64,000 bases of DNA from Antedon mediterranea (Eukaryota; Animalia; Echinodermata), in contig NC_092672.1 of NCBI RefSeq assembly GCF_964355755.1, forward strand, positions 36,834,437 to 36,898,436. Reading direction: 5' to 3'. This document shows positions 1-12,800 of this stretch, piece by piece. How positions within the stretch are numbered: the first letter of the stretch is position 1; each line of letters begins with the position of its first letter. The position numbers and the translations under genes are program-made. The notes under the pieces are model-generated. The model did no database searches. It was not told the DNA's origin and saw nothing but the letters and a program-made list of their open reading frames with translations.

Positions 1-519
1 TACTGTACAACATGTAGGTCCTGCTACTGCACTGTACAATTATACAGTATGATACATTAATACAAAACTTTACATGTATCCCCATTTACCTGCAATAATA
101 AAGTACTACAGTAGTCACCTAAATCTTGCCTCTTAAAACACTACAGTACAGGAGAATAGAATAACCATTAGGTCATCAACTATCCCTAGTTTCACAGAAT
201 ATCTATTGCATAGAATTTGGTTCAATGCCAAAAAGAAACACACACAGTACTTTAGATCACACAGACACTGTGAAGTTGTTCAATATTTAGTACTGTATTT
301 CTCTAGTTAGGTCACTTGTTACGGTTCAGAAAGAGGCAATGTACATTCAATCACTTTTATTTGGTTTTCATAGGGTTTACTATGGGTTTTTTTTTAGGTT
401 TTAACCCCAAAAATAAGTAGTTAACAATGTTTTAAACTGACATATCAAGTGAGTTGTACACTATGATTCAATCACTTTTATGTTAGTTTGCTATGTTTTT
501 TTGTTTAGGTTTTGCAGGT

Positions 520-730
520 TTAGCAATTAACTGTACACTGATGAACTGTACACTGATGAACTGTAGTAGCGCATATAAATACTGTAGCTGCGCATATAAA
601 TACTGTAGCTGTATGTAACTGTAGTAGCGCATGTTTAAATGTGTAACTGTAGTAGCGCATGTTTAAATACTGTAGCTGTATGTAACTGTAGTAGCGCATG
701 TTTAAATACTGTAGCTGTATGCAACTGTAG
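520..730. repeat. Imperfect tandem repeat, unit about 39 bp (TGTAGTAGCGCATGTTTAAATACTGTAGCTGTATGTAAC) with shorter sub-units
   Basis: Unit recurs several times between about 560 and 730; the overlapping ORFs 520..765 and 635..829 are just its periodic translation. Confidence 0.8.
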
Positions 731-809
731 ATTCGTTGCAATTGAATAATTTGCTGAATGTGCAATGTTACAGTTTACCAGTGTCTTTTTACAATGGATC
801 CGGGTCATA

Positions 810-995
810 CAGTCAGAGACAAATTTCATTTCAAAATTGTGTTTAGCAATTATTGCTAATCAAACTGACTTTTGGGTCGAGAAACATACAGTAGTTTTAT
901 ATTGTATTTTTTGCTACACAATTTTAGAAGTGTACAGTAGCAATAAGGCTGTTTTGTAGCTGTTTGCTATGCTACACTGGTGAAATTATTCTCTA
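810..995 (-). mobile_element. Copy of a short non-autonomous element (element Y)
   Basis: Reverse complement aligns by eye with 30742-30845 joined to 31771-31844 (e.g. TTGCTAATCAAACTGA, TTTTTTGCTACACAATTT, GCTACACTGG). Confidence 0.65.
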
Positions 996-1405
996 AAAGT
1001 ACAGCAGTGTTAACATTCATGACACTGGTGAAATTATTCCCTGAAAGTACAGCAGTGTTTGTTAACATTCACGACACTGGTGAAATTATTCTCTGAAAGT
1101 ACAGCAGTGTTTGTTAACATTCATGACACTGGTGAAATTATTCTCTGACAGTACAGCAGTGTTAACATTCATGACACTGGTGAAATTATTCCCTGACAGT
1201 ACAGCAGTGTTAACATTCATGACACTGGTGAAATTATTCCCTGACAGTACAGCAGTGTTAACATTCATGACACTGGTGAAAATATTCCCCGACAGTACAG
1301 CAGTGTTAACATTCATGACACTGGTGAAAATGTTCCCCGACAGTACAGCAGTGTTAACATTCATGACACTGGTGAAAATGTTCCCCGACAGTGTTAACAT
1401 TCATG
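975..1405. repeat. 48-bp minisatellite, about 9 copies (GACACTGGTGAAATTATTCCCTGACAGTACAGCAGTGTTAACATTCAT)
   Basis: Head-to-tail copies without spacers; gives the 16-aa periodic ORFs 1086..1400 and 1111..1416. Confidence 0.9.
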
Positions 1406-2705
1406 GGTTGAATTGAAACAATACTTTTTAAACAAAACTTTTTTCTATAATGCAGAAATCAGAGAAAATAAAATATTTAAATTGATTCATGTGATGTCTG
1501 ATTTTAAATGATTGCAATAAAAACAATTGGATGATTGTTACAATATTCTCTATAATTCAGTAAAGGGAAATCCTATTTTGGGGATTCCCTTGGAAAAGGT
1601 AAGTCTGTACAGTACTGTAAGTACAGTAAGTACAGTATAAGTACTTTACTATAGTACATTAGATATACTAAAGGGAAAACAAGCTGCTTAAATCGCTACA
1701 CCGATAACGATATACTGTAACAATTACAATACCTGTTTCTTATTCAAAGTATTTTTACAGTTCAACGAAAAAAATAAGTGTCATTGTAAAAAATCCATTA
1801 TGGGATTATCCCAATTTAGGGGGATTCCCCACATATTGAATCTGTTAATATGTATTATCATAGATACTATAATGAATGATCATTCAACCAATTTCTTTAA
1901 CGCACATTTTTCTAGTCATTCAAACTATAGAGGGCTAACTTAATTCACAGCAGAACACAGCTATAATAAGACAGACCAGCTGATTGTATAGGTCATCTGA
2001 GAGTAAGACCATTAAAGTTGACACATTCAGCTGGTCAATGTAAACACTAAGGTTAATAATAAAATATATAAAATAGATTTTTTTTATATTTAAATGTAAA
2101 AATACCTTAATTTTACTACCCTAAATGTTCGTAATAATTGCAACTCATATTTTAGTACATTTCCTTTCATAAACATTCATTATTAATTATACATAAATAA
2201 GCATAATTACAAAGAGAACAAAATATGATTTAATCATCTGCTGTATTACAGCGGTACAGTTAGCTACAGTATTTACTTTCACAAATTCTACAGATCAAGT
2301 TAATTCTTTTTATAATAAAACTAATTTGTTCAATGTTTATCTAGAAATTTTATTAAAGAAAATAAATAAATAAGAAAAATAAATTATAAATACATGTAAT
2401 TAAAATGTGCATAATTGTAATTCTTACTCTAGTCAATCAATATTGATATTATGACATTGAGTAATATTGCAAGTTTTAACTTTATTATGCAATCACAATT
2501 GTTGTTTAGAAAGATAAATATAAACTAAAAGTCTACATGGTAAATCCCAAAATGACAATTACAACACAGTTTATTTATATTAATAAACAATGCATAACAT
2601 CAAGCAAGTATCAAGCAAGTAATATATATTTCACTTGAATTGAATTTGAACAAACATACAAATTATTTTACTTTATTGTTTAAAAAAAAATAATTTCATA
2701 CTTAC

Positions 2706-3510
2706 ATTGTAACTCTGCTGGAATTATCTCATTAAAATTTGGATCATCTCCATACCAGTAAATCCACAACTCTTTGGTTATTCCTTGTTCAGTTTTTTCT
2801 GGACCTCCAGGGGTAGTGGGTTCAGTGATTACATTTGTGCATGGTACCCGGCGCCAGGCACTAAGCATATTTGACGCCTGACATAGTGAATACGCCAGCA
2901 GCACCGGGTCCTCGAGAGGGCCTACGGGCTCTGCCGACTGGTACTGATAACTAAAACGACGCCATTTGATTCCATACACGTCCGCCTAAAAGGACAGATT
3001 TGTAATATTGAAGTTAATAAATAAATACTATATAATTTCGCGATAAGGGTAGATACATTTAATATTATTAAAAACAATTTGATGGCCTACAAATGTCGTT
3101 AACTGTATTGAATCCGTTAGATCAATTACGATTAATCTGGCCATTTTCATCATACGCACAAGCGTGAGTCGTGACCCCGGCACAGCTTCGTGGGGAATGA
3201 CGGTGAAAAAAAAGACGCTAGTGGTTTCAAAGAAATTATCTAAAATTGTATAGTTTAAGTATCGATTTATCACCCAGAATCGAAAAATTATAAACTCCCA
3301 CTGAACTCTTAAATATATTTAATTCAATAGTACTTTGATGGCCCATTTAACCTCATTGTTAATCGCATTAAGCTGTTCAAAACGAGGAATTAACGAACAT
3401 TTCTGACATATTCTTCGCTGTGATTATCAGGCCTGACTTACCAGTGCAAACAAATTCGTGTGGCAATCCTCCAAACTTGCACCATTCGCTGCAGAATTTG
3501 CTGCAGTCAT
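2706..3510 (-). CDS. MED13: Mediator subunit 13 (MED13/MED13L), first two coding exons (3442-3510, 2706-2985); the rest lies further left
   Basis: Exon 1 MTAANSAANGASLEDCHTNLFAL|gtaagt; exon 2 ag|ADVYGIKWRR...EDPVLLAYSLC...WRR...KELWIYWYGDDPNF. Matches the vertebrate MED13/13L N-terminus (NGASLEDCH.NLF.LA.L.GIKW...ELWIFWWG.DP); frames join across GT-AG sites. Confidence 0.93.
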
Positions 3511-5159
3511 AGTCCATACATGGCTCTATTATATTCCAAATGGGTTCCTTACTAAAATCCACAAAAGAGGAGTAAAACCGTCAAAAGTAATCCAGATGTA
3601 CTCGGTAACAACAAGAGTTAGCGATAATGGCGACCGTGCAGTCCAAAATACAAGGCGGTAAATACAACCGATTGATTGGTTATTGAGTGTCACATGACGT
3701 CTCTGAGGTTATTTCCTACCTCTATGCTTTCGCTCGCTCTTTCTGCACCTGTCTAGAAACTCGCAAAGGTCAATGAATTTTCTTGTACAAAATACAACTG
3801 TATGTTTTTAATGTTTTGATTTGTTAAAAATTAAAAATTATTGTTTTATTCGTATAAATGTTTAGATCATTTAAATCTGACATGTATGTAAAAAATATAC
3901 CTCATCGAATTTAAATAAATCTGTGATATTGTTTCGCGAGAATCTGATGTGATTTGTGTATCAATTTGTTTTATATAAATTTATCTTTATATTTTATTAT
4001 TTTTCTGATGATTCATTGTATTTTATGTTTTAAATACAAATCCAAAATATATTTCTAATTTATATAACAGCTTACTATAGGCCATCAATTCAAGGCATTT
4101 AAAATAGTGACATTACAAAGATAATAAATGAAGCAAATCTGATATTTCGTTTTGTATTGTCCCTTAAAATGAAAAAAGATTAATATTATCAGACTTTTAA
4201 TAGGCTATTTTGCAGTTTTAATACAGTTATTCATTTCAATAGAAAAAATAATGATTTCAAAGTCAAAATGAATGGTTAATTGTATTGAAAAACACTTTAA
4301 CACATGCTTTAAATTAGGCCTACACTTCTTTTTAATGTAAATATTTTTTCCATCCAATTTTTTCAAAGAGAATGTATGTGACATTAGAATGGCATATTCA
4401 AGAAAGTGATTTAAAAATAATTCTTTTTTTTTCAGGGAAAAATAGGCCTATAATAGGTCATATCATTGTGATACTCATCAATACAAAATATGATCGATCA
4501 ATTTAGATTATTGATTGATGTCGTTTATCGCCAATAAATGATATTAGTTGGTAATCAATACAATTGTGATCGTGTATCTGTCGTCGTCTTGGTGGTATGA
4601 TCGATTGGAACATGCTGGGCAAACTTTTCCCACGCAAACTCAACTTGTTTAATTTGACCAATCACGCGATCAAGTTTTGATCTTTGCTTTGATTGGTCAG
4701 ATTACTTGCGCTTTTGTGCGCTGTCGAGTCAGTACTATTAATTATGAAACTTAGCCTAGCAACAAATCATCTTAATGTTTTAATTCAATGGTTGCTTAAG
4801 TCATTAATGTGTTCAAACCTCCGATAATTATACATTTTTAAACTGAATTCGGTAACATAGCCTATAGGCCAAAAGAACTGTTATGTATTTATGATATATT
4901 ACATTCCGGTCCTATAGCGTTTTTGCAATGGTTATGTAATTTTTTTTTAATGTAGTTTTTATTGTCTTATTTTGCCAAGCCAAATGAATTTCCATTTTAA
5001 GTGGACCAATAGGCCTACACTTTCTTGAATCTTGGAATTTAATTTCACTTAGGTTAAGCACTGCTAATTATTTTGACTTAAGCAACAGCATGTGCCCCCT
5101 GGATGTCAAAATGAACTAACATTTATTCATCATGGGAATGCGCAAAAATACGTTTATTC

Positions 5160-5290
5160 TTGATGATGACGCAAATGAGTGTGACGAGTTGATGACGTCG
5201 TCTAAAATCCTTGTTCATATCCCACACTAATCATGACGTTGGTGAGTCGGGTTCACGGCGGCGTCCAGACGAACATGACGTAACTTCAGA
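5160..5290. promoter_or_regulatory. Cluster of CRE/ATF-type TGACG sites upstream of PSPH
   Basis: ATGACGCAAAT, GTGACGAG, ATGACGTCG, ATGACGTT and ATGACGTAA within about 125 bp, in otherwise CpG-poor DNA. Confidence 0.45.
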
Positions 5291-6502
5291 CAACCATCTA
5301 CAGTAGGCCTAATAGTACTCTCACATGTTGATTGCATTTGTATAAATAAAATGCAAAGTAAACAAAGCGACCATTAGAAACTAAATCATCTTTAAAATTA
5401 TTATTTGACAAGTTTCTCTTCTTTTCATTATTCAAGTTAAAATAGAAGTCTAGTTAGAGGTTTATTTTAATACTCGTAAAAAATAGTTCTATTTAATTGT
5501 TCTCAATCATTAATTCTTTAATTATAAACACATTTCTGAATTCAAATTTAAGGTGATTTTTATTTAAAGTTAGCTGTTGGATATACAAAACCCGTGAGGC
5601 AATTAAAATTAGCACACAAATAGTAGGCGGCACGAGAACAAATAATTAGAGAGGGCGCTATACAACATTTTGTTATCTTCACGTTTATTTTTTCGTGTTT
5701 ACGTTTTGCCGGTTGTATGTTGGTTTCTTTTGTGTATTTTGTTGAGGTAGGCTAGATAGGTATTAACAATGTAAAGATTCATGTATTTAATACTAACAAT
5801 AACTCTCACACATAATGCGCCTGAATAACACATAAATGAATTAGTAATTCTTGTAAATCTAGGCCTAGGCCCTAGTTAGGCCTAAAAAGGCTCATATAGC
5901 CAGCCGCAAGGTAGAGCCTGGCCCTGGGTTACTGGCCCTAGCTGGCCTATATAATTGCACTTTTCATGCCAGTTTGCGTTCCTCTGCGTTGGGGACAAGA
6001 AGGTGTGCGTGCCTGGAGTTTATAAACTGCAGTTGAAAAGAAGTTAATATACAGTTACTGCCAAACTTGGAATCTCACTTTCTATCTAGGCTTAATAAGT
6101 TTAATATTAAATACTGTATTTGAGTATGGTAGAACATTATACCTATAATAATATCTACAAACTATTCGTCCTGTAAAAGGAGGCATATACTTTCTGCGGG
6201 GCCTAGTTATCAACTAAAACTAAAGCAATCATCTACACAGATCCACTGCAAGTGCATTCTTTTCTTATTTGTCACTATCGTTACAAAAACCCGAATGCAA
6301 CCTGACCAGACAACCTTTAAAAATTAAATTTAAAAAAAAATGTACAGTTAATGTTATATAGCACGCTTTCATTTTGGAATGATAGACAAATGACAACCGT
6401 TAAATCGACCAAATATAGTTCTGAGAATATTAAATGGAACGGTGTGTATACTGGTGCGCATATGAATCTTTTGTATTACCATCTCCTTCATCTACCATCA
6501 GT

Positions 6503-6640
6503 AAAGCTCAGCTGTCTACACTATAGTTTGACAAAAAAAGTGTGATGTGCCCAAATATGGTAGTGATATGCTTAAATATGGTAGTGATATGATGTCATAA
6601 GGGCACATCACATAAAGTTAGTTTGATATAGACAGAACTT
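6503..6640. mobile_element. MITE family Z (about 130-180 bp; termini AGCTCTGTCTACACTATCAAA...TTTGATAGTGTAGACAGAGCT)
   Basis: Terminal inverted repeats and shared core GATGTGCCCAAATATGGTAGTGATATG. Other full or partial copies near 8875-9020, 10638-10822, 11985-12090, 16215-16420, 21588-23138 (interrupted), 26276-26436 and 57484-57634. TAA/TTA flanks suggest PIF/Harbinger. Confidence 0.8.
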
Positions 6641-6726
6641 AAAAACAAAAGCTTACTAATCACCAAATTAAAACAAAAGTTTTCTTTTATCATTTTGTAT
6701 ACCATAAAAGGTAAAATAATTAACAA

Positions 6727-8742
6727 ATGGCCACATTTGAAGAAACAAAGAAAATCTGGAAAGATGCAGATGCAGTGTGTTTTGACGTTGACAGCACCGT
6801 GGTAACGGACGAGGGAATCGATGAACTAGCCAAGTTTTGCGGAGTTGGTAATGAGGTAACGGAACTGTAAGTGTTTAAAAAAAAATGGGAAGAGTAGAGT
6901 AAAAGATATTTACTCCTAATTTTAGTTTAAATTTTGCATGTTACAGCGCCGTAGCCACCAGTACGGTTTGTAAGGTTTCAACCTGACCACTATTTCACAG
7001 AGGCCTTTGACAACCCAGTGGCTTAACAGAGATTGTTCCCTTTTTCTTGTGAACACCGGACCACTTTATTTCTTGTGACTGTGTTAATATAACAAACAGA
7101 TCATTTATGGCAATTTACTGTATTTGGTAAGTGACGTATTATAATATATCTTGTTTTGTTTTAAATGCCAAGTTTTTTCTCCTATAGAACAAGAAATGCA
7201 ATGAATGGTAACATAACGTTTCGAGAAACCTTGATAGCTCGTCTAGACATAATCAAACCAAGTAAACAGCAGGTTACAGACTTTATAGAGAAAAACCCTC
7301 CAAAACTTACCAATGGTGTCAGGTATGGTTTTATTAAAAATAACAGTTAATTTAAAAATTTAATGTGAAAATGAATTTCAAAAGAAAAAAAAATTAATTT
7401 GCATAAAAAATGTTTGCTACTAGTTGCTACATTTTAAATCCGTTATTCTGATGGTAGTATCATGGTTCACACTCTGATGTAGTTAAAATTCTTCACACTG
7501 TGACCCACATTACATCTGGGTCACAAAACATATGTGTTTTTTTTGCGCCACTCCTTTAAGCAGTTATATTCAAGAGAATGGAATCATTAGGAAACAGTCA
7601 TCATAGCAGCAGCTTATTGTTTACGGCTGAAAAAAGGGGTATTTGGAAACTTAGACTGGACATGCGCACACTCCAAAGAAGGTCTATGAAAACATTTGTT
7701 AAATATTAAGATGCATGTAGACGGTAGTTATTGTCAGATGAGAGCCGTTATTTTTGTAAGAAATATTTCTTGTTTGTAGTGAGTTGGTAAACACTCTACA
7801 ATCTAGAGGGGTTGATGTATACTTGGTGACAGGAGGATTCATGAGTATAGTTTCTGAGGTTGCTAAGAAACTGAGTATACCAATTGAAAACATCTATTCA
7901 AATAAATTAATGTTTTATTTCAACGGTAATTACACAATTATTTACTCCACTTCTAATTGATTTTCTACCAAATAATAAAACTGATATAATGGGCATGCAT
8001 CGATTTTGAACCACTCCAATCACAGACTGTCACGTGACATGGTTTGACCCCAGTGTGGAGATGTGGCTTAGTGGTTATGATGTTTTGCTACCAATCCAAA
8101 GGTTCTGGGTTCAAGTCCTGTCATATGTCAGGAATTTTTCTAATGACAAATTACAACTTCACTCCCAAAGACTTGTATTAAGACTTTGTTTATGTAGAGC
8201 ATCTAAATATGTTTTTCTTGTGAATAGGATTTCCATGAGTGAATAAATTCACTTTTGGTTTCCTTGGCAATTTGTCTAAATATATAAAAACAAAACAAAT
8301 AATGACAGTATACAGGACTCTGTAACTTTGTAAAATTAAACTTTCAGTTTATCTATCTTTTGTAGGGGACTATGCTGGATTTGATGTGGACCAACCCACG
8401 TCTTCGTCTGGTGGAAAGCCAAAAGTGATTGAAAAATTGAAAAAGAAAGGGTATAAAAACTTGGTGATGATTGGCGACGGATCAACAGACATGGAAGCCT
8501 GCCCTCCTGCGGTTAGTTCATACTCCTTGTTTTTTATAATAATTTGTTGCTAAAATAATTTATTTCAGTTAACAATATGAAAATGTTATTTTAATACAAT
8601 ACATAAATCTATCATTGAATCTTATTTTCAACAGGACGCATTTATAGGATTTGGTGGCAATCAGGTTCGGCCTAAAGTACAAGAAAACGCAAAATGGTTC
8701 GCTACCAACTTTCAAGAACTAATAAGCGTCCTTGCCGAGTGA
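6727..8742 (+). CDS. PSPH: Phosphoserine phosphatase (HAD family), 5 coding exons: 6727-6866, 7188-7322, 7780-7925, 8366-8511, 8635-8742
   Basis: MATFEETKKIWKDADAVCFDVDSTV (HAD motif I), VYLVTGGF (motif II), SSSGGKPKVI, MIGDGSTDMEACPPA|DAFIGFGGNQVR; all introns GT-AG and in frame. Confidence 0.97.
8052..8250 (+). mobile_element. tRNA-derived SINE-like element in a PSPH intron
   Basis: A-box-like TGGCTTAGTGGTT and B-box-like GGTTCAAGTCC; related heads at about 19830, 20345 and 56626 (GGAGCTGTAGCTTGGTGGTTAA...CAATCC...GGTTC). Confidence 0.55.
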
Positions 8743-9892
8743 ATTGTATGAAGGATACAAGAAAGAAGCAACCTATACAAATGCCATAAGAAACGAGTTG
8801 TTTGTAATTGGAAGATTTATGATGGAAAGAATGGGAGATGAGAAAGGAAAAATGAGGTTACTATGGTGCTCTTATGCTGTCTACTCTATCAAACTACTTC
8901 AACAAAAAAAAGAGTTATGTGCCCATATATGGTAGTGATATGCTTAAATATGGTAGTGATATGACATCATCATGTCCATATATGGGCACATCACATTTTT
9001 TGTCACATAAAGTTTGATGTTATGATTTATGATGCACAAATGTATTTTTGTATTCAACTTGAATGCTGCAGCTTTAGAAATGTCAAATTTTACACGGTGT
9101 CCACAAATGTTTAAAATCGGATACACTACAGACATTTTCACAACACCAACTCATGTGAATAAATCCTTTATGGTAGGATAATGAAAAAATGATAATAATT
9201 ATCATTAAATAAATAAAACAATTTTTATCTAAACAAGTGTGAATCTTTATTTTCCAATTTTTGTAAGTTTCTGTGGCAAGAGTAGGATAAATAGTGTCTC
9301 ACTTTCTCCTAGTTTTTTAAAATTTTAAACTAAACTGAAAGTCAGGTTTGCGACGCACATTTCCAGTTATGTTTCCTTGTAAAAATATCATGTACCGCAA
9401 GTGGTCATTCACCGCAAGTGGTCATTCACCATGCAAACCAAACGACAAAAGCAACAGTGTTTCATTCTTTTCTGTAAAATCTAATTAATGTCCATTTGTT
9501 TAGTAGTAGAAAAAGAGGACAAAAAATGTCAATATATAATTTAGGATTTAGATATCTACAATTATTTGTTTATTAAAATTATTACATAATATAAAACTGA
9601 TTAAATATAATCAGTGCATCTATTGGTTTTTGAAAATCATTACATATTAATGATTATACAATATTGTTTATGTAACCAATTTTTTTTTTATTTTGCTTGA
9701 GGATAAATTGCTCTAAGAAAACTATAAACAAAATGTTAACTTAAAAATATAAAATTATATTGTGCATCTCATAGACTATAGATAGTACAGAACTAGAGTG
9801 TACACTACTCACTCTACTGGAATACAATGGTAGCTGTACTGGAGTAGAACTCTAGAGGAGTGTACACTCTAACCCTAAATATTGCTTGTACT

Positions 9893-12800
9893 TTAGTTTT
9901 GCCAATCAACTTTCACTGGTTTAAAATCAAAGACGTCGGGTTGTCCTAAATGAAGTAGTTTTTCGTTGTAGTCCGACGTGCTCCATTGAAATGCAGGTTG
10001 CTGGTCTGTGGTTGGTCCACACTGCGCTATCATCGACAGCGTCTTTTGCATTGAATAGGAGGTAACCTGAAAAGATTCAAATTTTAATTGGTTGAATTCT
10101 AGTCACATCATTGTACTAAACCTCAGCATTATGTGGTAGGGTGGCCAGTTTCCACGCCACCTTATCCTCCCTAGTATTTTCAACCAGGTACTCATTTACA
10201 GCTGAGTGGGCTGGGAATTTAACCCGGGTCTCTCTGTATGACAGTCAAGTATCCTAACAGTTGGCTACCCAACTCTATGTAACATTAGGATTGATGAAAA
10301 CAACAGAAATATAGGACAGCAGATTGATTGATTCATTCATTCATTCATAAATCAACAACAAAAATAAACTTTTAAAAAAAATCAGTAGTTTAAAAAAAAA
10401 TAGTTAAAACTTTGTTTACCTTCATATCGGTAGCACCATGGCAACGGTGACCAAGAGCACCAAATGGATATGATCCATTGATAGGGTTGAGGTCTGAACG
10501 AGCAGCTATAGCGTTCTCGGCACTGTACGCAGGGTTACATTTGTCACAGCGGGATAAGGGATCCTCTTTGAAGTTGTTGTACCTGAACACAAACACAACA
10601 CATGTTTAGTAAGTAAGCACTATGGATTGGACAACATAAAGCTCAGTCTACACTATCAAACTAGATTGACAAAAAAGTGTGATGTGCCCAAACATGGTAG
10701 GGATATACCCAAATATGGCAGTGATGTACCCAAATATGGTAGTGATATGACATCATCGTGTCCATATATGGGTACATCACATTTTCTTGTCATTTAAAGT
10801 TTGATAGTGTAGACCGAGCTTAACACAATCTTCTGGTGGCCATTGTAATGAACATTCTAAAAGAAAAGACCAGCTGCATTAAATGCTACATAAAATATAT
10901 TATGTACCTCATTAAACGGATCATTGAATCCATGTCTTGAACTTTGACATGATCACGACGGAATATATTTGCTCTTGGTGATTTATCGTATGAAAACCAG
11001 TCACCATATTTTTCCACATTCTCACGACATCCACTGGTATTGAATATCTCTTGAAAATATCTATCAAAATTAAAAATGACAATAATAATAAAAGATCAAC
11101 ATAAAGAATAAAGAAATTATTTTAAAGTACGACACTATGCATTTACTTACGGTATATTGTAACTAGGCCAGTATTGTGTGTCTTTTAAATGTTTTGTCAA
11201 ATCTTGGCCGACAGTCATACCACTAAAAATAAATATATAGAAATTTATTAAACATGAATCTGGCCAACTATACTTCGCCTTTGAACTTTTTTGTAGACGA
11301 GGCCTACTACTGTAAATTACTTTGTTAGTTGTCTTTGAATTATTTTTATTATATTGTTAATGTTTCTCTACTGAAACTCTTTGGAAATCAATGCTTCAGC
11401 ACTGACAGTGTCATTCAGTAGAAAGACAGAATAAATAAATAAAATAATTTGTACTTTAGCTTACAAATTTAACTTACGGAATTTGTTCCAGAACGTATAG
11501 AACACCTTCATCCGGTAGTGGCTTGCCTGGTGTGAACTCATTGTAATTCACAACCATCCATTGATTATTGTATCTTTGGAGAAAAACAAACATAAAAAAT
11601 AAATGTTTTGAATGAATTACAATTTGTTTGTACTTATTAGGGTCCATAAATTACACAGCAAGACAAGTATTAAAGAGTGAAAATTGCACAAAAGTACTTT
11701 AGTCATCTCCCGCATACTGAACTACCTGAAAACTGTAAACTCTGCCAAAATGAGGCTTTTCTTGAGGTCCATAATACATGTTTACCATTAAAACACATTT
11801 AAAATACCAAACATATTAGCCCAGCCCAAAGGGTTCAGTTTTTAAAGAGTTGACTATATTTTAAAATCTTTATACAATATTCAAACTTTTCTTGTTTGTT
11901 TTTAATTAAATTCTTTGCGTTTAATTTGGTCTAAACCTGTAGATGGCAGCAGATTAGCAGGCACCATTGTAAAAATTCCTTATGCCTTGTCTACACTATC
12001 AAACTTTATGTGACAAAAAATGTGCCCAAATATGGTAGTGATATGCCCAAATATGGTAGTGATGACATCATCCATATATGGGCACATAAATGATACTTAC
12101 GTTCCCATGTTGTATAAAGCAAAGATGTCACCCCACTGCTCACCGGCTGTTGCTAAGCGATTGGCAATGACATTTCTGAACATCTCAAACATGTGGTCCT
12201 CTGGTTTGATGTATTTAAATAAAATGGGGTTACTGTTGCCAATCGTGGTTTCCAAAGTCACCTGGTTTGTAATGGAATTAAAATGAAATTAGAAATATGT
12301 ATTGCAGCACATTTCAAGTTTGTGGTTTTAAGGTTGGTCGGTGGTGTCCTCTGAAAAGGAGTGTCCCTGAAAAGAGGTGTTCCAAATAATAATATAAATG
12401 TTGACATCAATCACATACCAATCCAGTGTTCATAATATAGAAGTCATCGCCAGAATACAAGACACCAGGATACGACGAGAATGACATCACATGACCTGGA
12501 ATCGCTTCTTTGCCTGAAATAAAAATTATGTTTTCCTTACTTTACATTAAAGGTAAACATTTGATGGTTTTTTTTCTGATTATGTTATGCAACTGTCTCA
12601 ATACACTTTCACTGGTGTTATTGGGAACTGCAATATTGGGCTATTCCTATTATAAATTTTAAAATAAACACCAAATATATTTACTTTTTAAATTGATTTT
12701 AAAACTATATTTACCTTTACTAACTTTACGGAAAGCGAAATCATATTTTTTAACAATACGTATCATTGAGTTGTACACACTCCAAGTGTCATGTGATACA

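Noticed and set aside
975-1405. CRISPR-like array or repeat protein (ORFs 1086..1400, 1111..1416)
   Set aside because: Contiguous repeats with no unique spacers, no cas genes, eukaryotic context; the ORFs exist only because the 48-bp unit lacks stops in those frames.
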